A DNA stretch of 64,000 nucleotides, taken from NCBI GenBank assembly GCA_023144005.1, contig JAGLGN010000020.1, forward strand, positions 10,941-74,940, read 5' to 3'. Source of the DNA: a bacterium (GTDB lineage: Bacteria; AUK180). Under the pieces are notes generated by a model. It saw only the letters and a program-made list of their open reading frames with translations. It ran no database searches and was not told where the DNA came from. Shown in pieces: positions 10,501 through 19,999 of the stretch. Position numbers and translations under genes: made by a program. Numbering within the stretch: the first letter of the stretch is position 1; each line of letters starts with the position of its first letter.

Positions 10501-11525
10501 TTGGCTGAGGCCATCAGACGGGCAGAGAGGTTTACTACTTTGCCAAGACAGGTATATTCACTTCTATCTTTACCGCCGACAAAGCCCGCATAAGCCTTGC
10601 CGAATGTAATACCCATCTTGATCGAAGGCATACGCGAGCGCAGCCTCAAAGCGAGATCAAACGCATGAGGGACAGGCTCCTCCACCGCGGTGGGTGCACC
10701 GAAAAACACCAGTATGGATATCCCCTTATTATCTATCAGAGCTTTGTTTAAGTATCCGCCGAATGCTTCTGTTTGTGATTGGATCTCCTTCAGGACCTCT
10801 TTCAGATCAATCCCCTTTTTCTCGGCTGAAATGAAGATCGAGACCACATTCCGGAATTCGCCCTGAGTAGTGAGCGTCATTACCGATGGTTCAATGAACT
10901 TCGATATTATCGGCAACGGCAAAGGAGGTTTTCTTTCTTGCTTGATCTTCACGGTGGAATTTCTGTATTTTTCAGCGACCGCGATCTCTACTTGCCCCGG
11001 TGCGCATCGATTCTGTGCTTTAAAACTCTCCAAGGCGGCCTTGCCTTTGAAATAATAATGATGACGCTTTGTACCGGGAATTATACCCCAATACAATCTG
11101 CCGCGGGAGATACCAATTCGAACCTGCAGAGAGATATTCTCTCCGGAAACCCGTATCATTTCGATCTTATTGAAATAATCCCTTATCCTGGAAGCCGCTG
11201 AATGTGCTGATGTAAATTTTTCTCCCGGAAACACGGCCATGAAAGCATCGCCGGCAAAACCGGCAACCCAGCCGCCGCAGGAATATATTATTGAGACCGC
11301 ATCGCCCAATTTTACATTTAAAATGTCGGAAAGCACCTCTGCGCCGGATGATCCTGAAGCCATTAATTTTTCAGTAAGCGCCGTAAAACCGGATATATCG
11401 ACCGATACTATGATACCACTGAAATATCCCTTCTCTTTCCCTTTAAGGAATTGTTCTCCGATAAATTGAGGTAAAAGATTTTTCTCATTCCTATATTTAT
11501 TCAAAATGATCGAGCACATCACCAT
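7530..11525 (-). CDS. Signal-transduction protein with 2x class III adenylate/guanylate cyclase domains, STAND P-loop NTPase and TPR repeats
   Basis: Two tandem cyclase homology domains: GIIVSVDISGFTAL...GDAFMAVF, and VVSIFISAEKKG...GITFGKAYAGFVGG. A Walker A motif (VDGAGGLGKSRL) follows. The C-terminal ~550 aa are TPR repeats. 1331 aa. Confidence 0.8.
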   Translation of the reverse strand: MVMCSIILNKYRNEKNLLPQFIGEQFLKGKEKGYFSGIIVSVDISGFTALTEKLMASGSSGAEVLSDILNVKLGDAVSIIYSCGGWVAGFAGDAFMAVFPGEKFTSAHSAASRIRDYFNKIEMIRVSGENISLQVRIGISRGRLYWGIIPGTKRHHYYFKGKAALESFKAQNRCAPGQVEIAVAEKYRNSTVKIKQERKPPLPLPIISKFIEPSVMTLTTQGEFRNVVSIFISAEKKGIDLKEVLKEIQSQTEAFGGYLNKALIDNKGISILVFFGAPTAVEEPVPHAFDLALRLRSRMPSIKMGITFGKAYAGFVGGKDRSEYTCLGKVVNLSARLMASAKAGEILIGENAYSRSEGEFSTDDLGKTVFKGFSEPVTVRRILEKKVSSDRSFLGNFFGRETHLQQLEQWLKRVIEGSDPGFLYVDGAGGLGKSRLVHRFRQLNGEGIQWIKMPCDEMIRDGYNPIISGLKDYFSLRSSLSSAASGRNFSNRFHQIADSIKDGELRRELIRTKSFVAALLGISTKGTLYEKIDAKARRENTITGLKCLFRAISWMRPLIIELDDGQWVDSDTVNFFKELFRASQKNSLGVISECRYDEKGQAMDFDLGDTQVERMSLESLPASQARKIVEDRLGGKVDDRLFKSIKERSSGNTFYFEQTALFIQETDAIEKRGSVWYLKQKNLEIPDKISSILISRMDRLEHEIRHMVHTAAVLGREFPVDILSLMLRGEFDDDSLERGEQYGIWVPLNELNYIFRSILFRDAAYQMQLKKTLKQLHLLAAHSIERKYKARLPEYYSVLAFHYQRGEDDNKARKYLLLAADDALSKYKNEDALGHYSDLLPLVADRGEELGIRSKIGDINQTLGHWKRAQEIFEDNLLLAEKHDVLLIIDKARSDLGSLLRAKGEYDRAETLYEKVLKNAKTGKDPLAEAVAEGNLGIIHYKKGKYAQAIISYEKEYDIAKKLNNKAVISTALGNLGLVFYKKGDLDKAHKNFSRKIHLDERSGDLSGSVSAIGNLGLVLLDQGDIQGAMTQFKKQLKFSKRIGDRSRISSAVGHLGNAYWELGQLDQAERSFQKYHTVAKELGDLNGESISIGNLGVINLQRGNYEKAVGYLKEKLRIAEKLKDPGQIAYALGNLGIACIESDDIPAAKEHFLRVISIAKKIGNKMAQIISFDNLANLFKEAGEFTKAAAYCDKAVEMATIAGARGVLPTLYCHRGESLIHLKKYDEVLKDINEGGSIAKELSQSGMIFQINMLRLRLEATQGKVSDAVKRATKFLDETTDQEDLASVYKLIWEIAADDKSRKAAIRIYTKLNKAHSAYRYRLALKHLSL

Positions 11526-11782
11526 CCTTGGCTAAGGACCGCATTCTTGCTACCGCTCCCGGTATTGATTGTAATTGATTTTTGCTATTATTGCAAGAGG
11601 CTGAGGCGTGCAACATTGCGAGAAATGAATAATTAAAGAGGGTGAGGATTGGGGAAAAAGGGGTGTGTGGAGTGGTAATAGGAGGGGATCCGTGTTCCCA
11701 CATCCACACGCCACATTGTACCATTATTTTTTATAATGTCAAATTATTTGCATGAACCGGCAAATTCTGGCGAATCAATGCG

Positions 11783-11990
11783 AGAATTAGAGGCTAGAGG
11801 CCTATGGAGAAGTGAATAGTGAACAATGAATAGTGAATATTGGGGAGGGGAATAAATACAATTGAAAGTTGACAATTAAAAGATGGAGCACAAAGAAATT
11901 CTTTTCTCAGACGGTTTTCCGGTTACGGATGTGTTTACTTTTCCTTTACACACTTGTGCCTTGTGCACTTGTCACTTGTTTCTTGTTTGC
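11783..11990. repeat. Cluster of intergenic short-period word repeats (GAGGCTAGAGG; TGAATAGTGAACAATGAATAGTGAATA; GGTTTTCCGGTTACGGATGTGTTT; CACTTGTGCCTTGTGCACTTGTCACTTGT)
   Basis: The same modules recur in either orientation at 13234-13269, 19794-19999, 25386-25507, 26270-26360, 34588-34690, 36590-36620, 43269-43288 and 52426-52588. Confidence 0.7.
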
Positions 11991-12012
11991 TATTTTCCCC
12001 ATAGGTGATATA

Positions 12013-13150
12013 ATGCAGAAGGCAATACAAATGAAAATACTCTCATATAAAAATCCTCATAGCTTTCTTAAAGCTTCGGAAGGGATACTCCTTGCTGATG
12101 AAGCTCTGAACAGCTTGATGATCGGCATCACCATGCGCCTTCAGAAAGATCCTTCGGCATATGAGAACCCCTATTTCACATGTGGGATTATTGACGGTAT
12201 CGTGACCACACCTGCATTAATGACCCCTCCTCATCCATTGATACTTGCAGGCAAAGCAGACCCCAAGATACTTTCTGCCATTGCAGAAGATCTATTGGAC
12301 AAAGACAGGAAAGTAAATGGCGTTGTGGCTTCACGGGCTTTATCAGATAGCTTTTCCACGATATGGAAGAAGCGGACGGGATGCAGCATTGTAACATCTA
12401 TGGAACAAGGAGTTTTTCAATTGACTCATCTTAATACGATCAATATATCTCCGGGATCTCTGCGAGTTGCTGAAGAAAAAGACAGGGAACTTTTGAATAG
12501 GTGGGGAAAGAATTTTCAGATCGACATCTACGGCGAAGAAAAAGGAGCCGGACTGGAAGCGAAAAAAATAGTAGATAAAGGGCTGCGGGAGAAAAGGATA
12601 CACCTGTGGACAATTGACGGCAATCTAGGTGATCTAATTCATAAAGACGGTAACAATGGAATGTTTAGATTTGAGTCAATTCCAACGAACAATGAGTGCT
12701 GTGTACCCTTCGTGGTACATAAGCGAAGAGAGAGGAATAAATTGACCAAAGATGATATTCCCTTCGGGCTGAAGCCATTTTTCTGTCTTCTGCGTTGCTC
12801 GTCCCTTACATACCGCTACGGGTATGCGGCGCTCCTCGCGCCTTGAATACGGAACAAAGTAGCATCAGCCATTGTTACCGTATTTATGAATCAGAACACT
12901 TGCATCAATGGCCGCATCGGCGAGGCCCACAATGAACGGCGTAGCGGTGAATTTTGTCTATACCCCGCCGGAATTCCGTAAGAATGGTTACGCCTCTTCC
13001 TGTGTATGGGCATTAAGCAAGAAATTACTACGGTCGGATCATAGTTTTTGTACTCTTTTCACGGATCTTTCAAACCCGACATCGAATGCCATCTATAAGA
13101 ATATCGGTTATCAGCAAATAGACGAATTTGTTATGTACAAATTTCTCTGA
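12013..13150 (+). pseudogene. GNAT-family N-acetyltransferase disrupted by a MITE-like insertion (frameshift)
   Basis: The 5' part (frame 1, MQKAIQMKILSYKNPH... through ...TIDGNLGD) and the 3' part (frame 2, ...NGVAVNFVYTPPEFRKNGYASSCVWALSKKLL, GNAT motif A/B) are separated by a ~269-bp element. That element is bounded by inverted repeats. The ORF-track start at 11869 (TTG) would translate repeat DNA. Confidence 0.5.
12634..12902. mobile_element. MITE-like element with ~26-34 nt terminal inverted repeats (CTAATTCATAAAGACGGTAACAATGG ... CCATTGTTACCGTATTTATGAATCAGAACACTTG) inserted in the GNAT gene
   Basis: The left and right ends are reverse complements (23/26 identical). A second copy of the same ends lies at 52403-52621. 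The stretch translates to a low-complexity, non-protein-like sequence. Confidence 0.5.
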
Positions 13151-13282
13151 ACTAAAACTCTCTTATCTTAGTGTTCCGGGTTCACAAGTTGAGAATATTT
13201 GTTGGAGATCAGAATTCTCTGTGTTATATTTTTAAATTGTCAACTGTCAATTATCCATTGTCAATTTCTCTTTTTCACTTCT

Positions 13283-14188
13283 CTACATCAACATTCCTAC
13301 AGAGAGTCTATGCCAATTAACAATCTCGCCGCCGTAAGAGTAATTGTAGTCCACTTTGATTATTTTACGGCTTTTCAACTTGAAGGTATATCCGAGGCCG
13401 CCATTGAGCTGAATACCTGAATTTATTCCTATTCTGATCATAAGGTTGTCATATACGCAATATTCCGTTCCTGTAAAGAACTTGAAATTCATTCCTTCGT
13501 TCTCATTGACATCATCTTTAATGGAAATATCGATCAGGAAATTACCATTAAACTTGCCTTTTACCTTGTGATATTTATACGCAAAGCCCAACTTATATAT
13601 CTCATCTATTTTTTCATCCTTAACGCCCGCAGCAATGTTCTGGGCCGTTATTCCGAGAAACAGCGGTTTCTTAAAAAGATATCTCCACTGGACACCAATA
13701 TCCATACCGAAGCCGGAACCGCTGCCCACTGTAGAATTAATGCTGAATCCCTTAAGGTTCAAGCCTAGAGCTATTTTTCCCGGGACAAGATACAGGCCAA
13801 ATGACAATCTGTATTCATTCTCGCTGAATGTACTGGTTGCTTCATCAGCACCTTCTGATAATTGGACGGATTTTCTCAACCAGCTCAATCCGATAGAGCT
13901 ATTGAGATTCTTAAAGGATCGCATAACAGCAATATAATCCACAAAATAGTTGCTCAAACCGGGCATTAATTGATGCATCAAAGTATATTCGGTCTTATTC
14001 ATATTCTGGGCTAATCCGGCGGGATTATAATAACCGGCGTAAATGTCATCGGCAAGCCCAACAAACGCTCCCCCCATGCCCTGAACCCTGGCGCCTATGT
14101 TCATATCGATCGATGCTCCGTAGGTACTTGTGACGAATACAAAAGCAAGTATAAGCAAAGTGATTCTCATTACATTTTTAAATTTCAT
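13283..14188 (-). CDS. T9SS-associated outer-membrane beta-barrel protein (PorV/PorP-SprF-like)
   Basis: Signal peptide present. N-terminal motif GARVQGMGGAFVGLADDIYAGYYNPAGLA resembles the conserved start of PorV/PorQ-type barrels. Lies immediately downstream of a giant T9SS-CTD cargo gene, as sprF does with sprB. Confidence 0.45.
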   Translation of the reverse strand: MKFKNVMRITLLILAFVFVTSTYGASIDMNIGARVQGMGGAFVGLADDIYAGYYNPAGLAQNMNKTEYTLMHQLMPGLSNYFVDYIAVMRSFKNLNSSIGLSWLRKSVQLSEGADEATSTFSENEYRLSFGLYLVPGKIALGLNLKGFSINSTVGSGSGFGMDIGVQWRYLFKKPLFLGITAQNIAAGVKDEKIDEIYKLGFAYKYHKVKGKFNGNFLIDISIKDDVNENEGMNFKFFTGTEYCVYDNLMIRIGINSGIQLNGGLGYTFKLKSRKIIKVDYNYSYGGEIVNWHRLSVGMLM

Positions 14189-14199
14189 ATCATTCTCCC

Positions 14200-17100
14200 C
14201 TATTTAACCACACCAATTGGCTCTTTTATTATCTCCACATCACCTGCGGAATTCGTTAATTCCAGTATATAAATGTATATTCCGCTGCCGACATAACCTC
14301 CAAAGTCATTCGTACCGTCCCATCTGGCTGAATTCTTTCCCTCTTCGAAAGATACATCCTTAATAACATTACGCACCAGATCCCCTGTAACATCATATAT
14401 TGAGAGATTTACCGTTCCTTTTTCAGGCAGATCAAATACGAATGAGGTGCCGCTCTCAGGAGTAAACGGGTTTGAAGTAAGATACGCCGTCAGATCAGAC
14501 CCTGATGAGTCGGAATCAAGTCCCAGACAGAAGAGACCAAAATGGTTTACATTGAAAGAGATTTTATTATTGATCAGGTCTCTTTGCTCACCACCGACTC
14601 TAACCCATTCAAAGCCGGTCCAGTGGAATGCAATAAGTTGCGTTTCATCCCATTCATCCACCTGGTCCTGATCCGGATCAAGCTCTGCGTCTGTATAAGC
14701 CAAAGTAATTGTGATCTGTTCGTGGAAAGTCAGGTGATCTGGTGAGAATTCATGAGCAGCGCCCATCAAAATATAATCAGCATTCAATGGCTTATAGAGA
14801 TCCTCTTTGGAAACTGACACGATACAGAGATTCTGCTTATCGATTAGCGCATCTTCAGGAATTACAGCACCGGATCCGTCTGGAGATGAAACCGCCCCGC
14901 CATCCGCATTTACCACGGCGCATCCCTGAGGTACAATATAAGTAAGAGTAAATGTTTCTGAGATAGTATTGTCCAGCACATCAATTGCCGTAACCGTAAT
15001 ATCGTTGTTGCCTTCGATCAAGCTAACAATGTGGCTGAATGAATTATCATCATTAAGGATTCCGATCGGACTGTTATTAACATGATCTCCGTTTTCATTC
15101 CGCACTTCAATAATGATATTCTCAACGCCGTTGGGATTCGGAAGATCGGACACGGTGCCTGAAATTATTACTTCATTTACATATACTTCTCCATCAAGAG
15201 GCCCTGCGATCGGCGCGGGACTGACCACAACGGCGATCCCTGGGGAAGTATTGTCTATCAAAAGGCCTGTAACCGTATCCTCGGAAATGAACACTCCCAT
15301 TTCATCATAGGCCTGAACACGGATCATGAAGCCTGTTGAGTCCGCTAAACCATCTGCTGTCGTATCCCAGTCCTGTTCCCAACCGTCGGCACCATTGATA
15401 TCGCTTGTTACGCCGATAACACCAACCAGATCATACCAGGTAATACCGTCAGGTGAAATAGAGAAATCCACTCTCGATGTATCATCCGGGGCAATTGCTT
15501 CGATCTTAATAATGTCATTCATGGAATAATCCGATAACGGTTGAATAATTGTTGTAGGTTCGGGTGTATTATCAAGCTCTACACTTGTATTTGCGCTTGA
15601 AATATTTCCCGCTGAATCCTCCGCAGCAACCTCAAGCGAATATGAGCCGTCAGGTATTGTATTAGCCGCATTGATGGTATATGTGATGGTATATGTCGTA
15701 TCGGTATTATCCAATACCACCTCATCACCCGCATTATACTCACTGTCAATCGTACTGAAATCGGCAGTCACGGCCAGACCTGCTGCGTCCAGATCAGCGG
15801 TGATCGTGATAATATCACCGTCAGCATATGCACTTTGATCAGCACCGACCGAAGTAAATATCGGAGCTGTATTATCTAAAGTTATGCCGAAGTTAGAATT
15901 CACAGGGCCGTTTCCAATCTCATCCAGCGCGCTGATCACAATAATTTTCGCGCCGTCTACATTTGCATTTCCTTTAGAGATCGTATATTCTATTGTGTAA
16001 GTCGTATCGCCGTTGTCGGTTACTGTTTCCGAACCAGATACATAATTTGAGTCCACATTAATAAAGTTGGCGGTGATCAGATACCCGATACCGTCCCAAT
16101 CCGTAACCAATGTGATGGTCTCTTCATTTCTGTAGATCGTATCACTATCCGCTTGAAGAGTGGAAGTATGGGCGGGCGCGGCATTGTCCAATTCAATTCC
16201 TGCTTCAGGATTGAAGATATTCCCGACGCCATCTGTAACTACTGCAGTTAACGTCTTGAGGCCATCAGCAATCGTATTTGCTGGAGAAATAATATAATTC
16301 GCCGTGTAAATACTGTCATTGGCCGTTATATCGGGAGCAACGCCATTATCAAGAAGACTCAGATCTCCGGCTGCTGTATCGTCAAGCAGCAGGAGCTGAG
16401 CAAGAGGCATGACTACCGATAGTCCATTCTCGTACCCATAATATTTGAATTGAACCGTATCGGAATCCTTAAGTTTTGAAGGTGATGCAATTAATTCGCC
16501 AAGGGCATTTGTGTTGTCCAACCCGATACTGGTGGCTAAATTGGAAGAATTGCCTGCTGTGTCCTCTGCACCTATCAAAATTGAATATGAGCCGTCAGGT
16601 ATTGTATTGGCCGCATTGATAGTATACGTGATGGTATATGTCGTATCGGCATTATCCAATACCGCCTCATCACTTGTATTATATTCACTGTCGATCGTAC
16701 TGAAATCGGCAGTCACGGCAAGACCTGCTTCGTCCAGATCCACTATGATCGTGATGAGGTCACCATCAGCATATACGCTCTGATCTGCATCAACCGATGT
16801 AAACACAGGCGCAGTATTATCGACTATAATTGCATTATTCTCAATAGATGGTATTGGTGTGTTATCGCTCTCATCGGTAACTGTCACTCTGATCTCATAT
16901 TGAAGTTCAGCGGCAGAACCCGCGATCGAGATAATATCTGTTCGGGATACAGCGGCGCCGCCGGTAAGTCCGCTGGAGATCGTCTTTTTACCTATCTCAG
17001 TTGCGCCATCGTAGATCTCGATCAGAATAACTCCAGGATTTAATTCCGTATATGTGTAGTTTACAGAAACAGTAGAACCCGCTTTTACCGTGATCGGTGC

Positions 17101-19548
17101 AACTCCAGTCGGAGAGTTGATCGAAGTTACCTGCGGCGCAGTATTATCGGTAGTGATCTTGTCATTTACATCTTCTGCGATCAGGGCACCATATGCATCG
17201 TAAGCCCGGGCACGGACCTGATAGGCTGCACCATCGGCTAAACCGTCATTTACACTGTCCCAGTCATACTTCCAACCGTCGGACGGAGTATTATCTGTAG
17301 TAACCAGTCCCAGAACGGCCGGAGTAGCAAGATCATACCAATTAGCACCACCGTCGGGAGAAATTTCGAAAGTTACTTCCGCCGTATTATCAGGAGCCAC
17401 CGCTTCGATCGATTCTGTTCCCGAAATTGTTGTGATAGGGAGAGGAGTAATGATTGTCACGGTAGTGCTGTTATCAATATAGAAAAGTCTCAGATCGGAA
17501 ACGCCTACATTGCCATTTTCATCTACTGCTTTCACCTGGACAATGTGCGATCCGTCACTCAATAAGGTAGTGTCCAGAGAGTAGTCTCCGGCACCGCCGG
17601 TAATCGGTGGCTGTGTATCGACAGGAAGCCATACACTTCCGTCAACGGATATTTCGCAACTGTCAGTATTGAGATCCGCGCCACCCTGGGGCGTCGCAGT
17701 AAATTGAAACAGGACTGTGCCGCTGATGATCTGGGCAATTGTAGGTGAAACCATCGCAACTACCGGATCATTAGCGCTACCGCCAACATTGACTACGGTA
17801 ACTGTAATTATCTGTGTTGTATCTCTCGCAGGAATGTTGTCATCCGTGGCGCGTATGCGTATTTCATAGACACCATCAGCTTTCAGAGTAGAATTCCAAT
17901 TACCGAACCACCATTCTGTGTCTGCTACCTGAGTCATGGCAGTCCATCCCGCCTCGCCTTCAATCTGATATTCTACAGAATCAATATTCGCTCCACCAGC
18001 TGGAACTACCCATGCATCAATCGGAACAGTCCCCTGAACGGTGGTACCGTTCTCCGGATGGATCACCTGTACATAAGGTGCTCCCAAGCGAAGTAATGGC
18101 CAACCGATGGAAAGGTTGATATTACCGGTTGCATCAACATATTCTACATCAGTATTGGTACCATATTCCCAATAGAAATCTCGGCCGGTAGCATCATCAT
18201 AATATTTGATCAGAAAACCGATCAGTGAATCGGGGCCAAGCTGGTCGAGATCATAAGGATCCGGACCACCTGAGTTATATGATACCTGAAATTCATAATC
18301 CCAGTAAGTACCAATGTAAGTGGAATCTCCAATAGCATCATTAGCATCTGCAGCGGATGTATCGTCAGCCCATATCCCACCGCCGCCGGGGTTGTCAAAA
18401 TACCAATCGGTAGCAACACCACTTGTTATTCTGATCGCATTTTCCTGATTGTCATCCAGTACGTAGTCTCTGATAGAAGTAGGCCCTGGATTTTGCTGCT
18501 CTTGATATATTTGACAGTAATCCGCTGCATCTTGAACCAGGTCATGAACCCGTATGCCGAAATAGAAATCATCGGCAGCAGAATCATTTATTGAATATAT
18601 AGTGGCATCAATAGTATTTCCCTGAAAATCGGTAAAGATAATATCCCTTTCATAACTACCACGCCAGGCATCTTCTGAAATATCACCGTCAATCGTGGGA
18701 TTTCCGTTTGCATTGGTCGTTGCGGAAAATGTCATGAATTCTTTTGGCTTTCCCAGTATGATATCGGCCCAGCCTACTCCGGTACCGGGATCGATTGGTT
18801 TCGGCTCATCGGATGCTCCGGCACCCGGATCATTCAGACCATTTAGTTCATCCCAATATCTCCATTGGTCACCATTATTGAATACTGCTAAAAAAAAACC
18901 CAGCTCATCTCCGGTGAATATGCTGTCTCCGCCGTCAACCAACAGGTCAAATCCACCCAGCGTGATGGGTATCCTGAACTCCCATGTGTATATATTGGTG
19001 GCATAAGTTTCAAGCACATCGAAATCCGTATCTCCTGCCACTGCGTCATCGTCATCGCCGCTTGCATATCCAGCTCCGTCCTTCCAGCCGGTACCCGTCC
19101 AATAAAGGTCCCAGGGAGCTGCTGCTGCACGGTTTGAGGATACTGCATTCTCTTCACCGGCAGTTAGTATATCGTCATGCGTTCCCCCGCCGACACCTTC
19201 GTCAAAGTACATGATAACCCTGTTATTCGCCGAATTGTTTCCTGCAAGGCCATAAACGACACTGATATACAGATTAGATGCATCATTCATAATGTAAAGA
19301 TAGGCAGGACTTCCATTGTCCAGATATATCTCTCTACAGAAGGCGTCATCCCATTCAGCAGGGTTGCCTGTAATGTCACCGTCGATCGTCGGTGGACTAT
19401 CACACCATGCGCTATGAAGCTGTAATGCTTCTCCGTTGCCTTCCGGGACATGACCCCACATTTGACTTGGTATAAAAACAATTGCCGTTAATACCAGAAG
19501 CAAGAGAAACTTAGCAATTCCTAATTTCGAACACGCCTTTCTTTCCAT
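14200..19548 (-). CDS. Giant secreted surface protein (1782 aa): two CBM9/DOMON-like carbohydrate-binding domains, Ig-like/Big repeats, and a T9SS C-terminal sorting domain
   Basis: Signal peptide present. Two PTIDGDI...W..A modules typical of CBM9-like domains. Internal duplicated ~95-aa segments (NTAPVFTSVDADQSVYADGD... x2). C-terminal ...GIYIYILELTNSAGDVEIIKEPIGVVK is a Por-secretion CTD. Confidence 0.7.
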   Translation of the reverse strand: MERKACSKLGIAKFLLLLVLTAIVFIPSQMWGHVPEGNGEALQLHSAWCDSPPTIDGDITGNPAEWDDAFCREIYLDNGSPAYLYIMNDASNLYISVVYGLAGNNSANNRVIMYFDEGVGGGTHDDILTAGEENAVSSNRAAAAPWDLYWTGTGWKDGAGYASGDDDDAVAGDTDFDVLETYATNIYTWEFRIPITLGGFDLLVDGGDSIFTGDELGFFLAVFNNGDQWRYWDELNGLNDPGAGASDEPKPIDPGTGVGWADIILGKPKEFMTFSATTNANGNPTIDGDISEDAWRGSYERDIIFTDFQGNTIDATIYSINDSAADDFYFGIRVHDLVQDAADYCQIYQEQQNPGPTSIRDYVLDDNQENAIRITSGVATDWYFDNPGGGGIWADDTSAADANDAIGDSTYIGTYWDYEFQVSYNSGGPDPYDLDQLGPDSLIGFLIKYYDDATGRDFYWEYGTNTDVEYVDATGNINLSIGWPLLRLGAPYVQVIHPENGTTVQGTVPIDAWVVPAGGANIDSVEYQIEGEAGWTAMTQVADTEWWFGNWNSTLKADGVYEIRIRATDDNIPARDTTQIITVTVVNVGGSANDPVVAMVSPTIAQIISGTVLFQFTATPQGGADLNTDSCEISVDGSVWLPVDTQPPITGGAGDYSLDTTLLSDGSHIVQVKAVDENGNVGVSDLRLFYIDNSTTVTIITPLPITTISGTESIEAVAPDNTAEVTFEISPDGGANWYDLATPAVLGLVTTDNTPSDGWKYDWDSVNDGLADGAAYQVRARAYDAYGALIAEDVNDKITTDNTAPQVTSINSPTGVAPITVKAGSTVSVNYTYTELNPGVILIEIYDGATEIGKKTISSGLTGGAAVSRTDIISIAGSAAELQYEIRVTVTDESDNTPIPSIENNAIIVDNTAPVFTSVDADQSVYADGDLITIIVDLDEAGLAVTADFSTIDSEYNTSDEAVLDNADTTYTITYTINAANTIPDGSYSILIGAEDTAGNSSNLATSIGLDNTNALGELIASPSKLKDSDTVQFKYYGYENGLSVVMPLAQLLLLDDTAAGDLSLLDNGVAPDITANDSIYTANYIISPANTIADGLKTLTAVVTDGVGNIFNPEAGIELDNAAPAHTSTLQADSDTIYRNEETITLVTDWDGIGYLITANFINVDSNYVSGSETVTDNGDTTYTIEYTISKGNANVDGAKIIVISALDEIGNGPVNSNFGITLDNTAPIFTSVGADQSAYADGDIITITADLDAAGLAVTADFSTIDSEYNAGDEVVLDNTDTTYTITYTINAANTIPDGSYSLEVAAEDSAGNISSANTSVELDNTPEPTTIIQPLSDYSMNDIIKIEAIAPDDTSRVDFSISPDGITWYDLVGVIGVTSDINGADGWEQDWDTTADGLADSTGFMIRVQAYDEMGVFISEDTVTGLLIDNTSPGIAVVVSPAPIAGPLDGEVYVNEVIISGTVSDLPNPNGVENIIIEVRNENGDHVNNSPIGILNDDNSFSHIVSLIEGNNDITVTAIDVLDNTISETFTLTYIVPQGCAVVNADGGAVSSPDGSGAVIPEDALIDKQNLCIVSVSKEDLYKPLNADYILMGAAHEFSPDHLTFHEQITITLAYTDAELDPDQDQVDEWDETQLIAFHWTGFEWVRVGGEQRDLINNKISFNVNHFGLFCLGLDSDSSGSDLTAYLTSNPFTPESGTSFVFDLPEKGTVNLSIYDVTGDLVRNVIKDVSFEEGKNSARWDGTNDFGGYVGSGIYIYILELTNSAGDVEIIKEPIGVVK

Positions 19549-19635
19549 GAGAATATACCTCCTCGTTCATTTAATAATAGTTTTCAGATCATTATAATTT
19601 TTGAAGATTAAATCTGTAAAATAATGTTGTGAATG

Positions 19636-19664
19636 ATAATATTTCATCCCCCCCCTTATGGCAA
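19636..19664 (-). promoter_or_regulatory. Candidate sigma70-type promoter (-35 TTGCCA, 17-nt spacer containing a G8 homopolymer, -10 TATTAT) for the 1782-aa surface protein gene
   Basis: Minus-strand read: TTGCCA-TAAGGGGGGGGATGAAA-TATTAT, ~85 nt upstream of the ATG. A GGAGGT RBS lies 9 nt before the ATG. The poly-G tract spans 19648-19655. Confidence 0.4.
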
Positions 19665-19793
19665 GATTTGTGCCGCAAAGCGAATTGCTTTGATATTGGA
19701 AAAAGTCTAAAACAGCAGAACAGAAATTACATAATTTTACATTATTTTACCTATAAATATATAATATTCGATGGTAAGTTGATAGGATGGTAG

Positions 19794-19999
19794 GTGCACA
19801 AGCGCACAAGCGCACAAGGCACAAGTGTGTAAGGGAAAAGGAAACACATCCGTAACCGGAAAATTGTTTAGGATAAGAATCTCTTTGTGTTCTATCTTTT
19901 AATTGTCAATTGTCCATTGTCAATTATGTTTAGTCCCTTGTCCCTTGAGCCTTGAAACTTGTCCCCTGTCCACTTGTGCCTTGTACCTTGTGCCTTGTC
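19794..19999. repeat. Intergenic word-repeat cluster (GCACAAGC x3; AAACACATCCGTAACCGGAAAA; TTAATTGTCAATTGTCCATTGTCAATT; CCCTTGTCC/CACTTGTGCCTTGT arrays)
   Basis: Tandem 8-bp-period units. Same module family as 11783-11990 and 25386-25507. Confidence 0.7.

Noticed and set aside
11869-12012. TTG-initiated N-terminal extension of ORF 11869..12846 (MTIKRWSTKKFFSQTVFRLRMCLLFLYTLVPCALVTCFLFAIFPIGDI)
   Set aside because: This stretch is the translation of the intergenic word repeats (CACTTGTGCCTTGTGC...). The GNAT gene more plausibly starts at the ATG at 12013.
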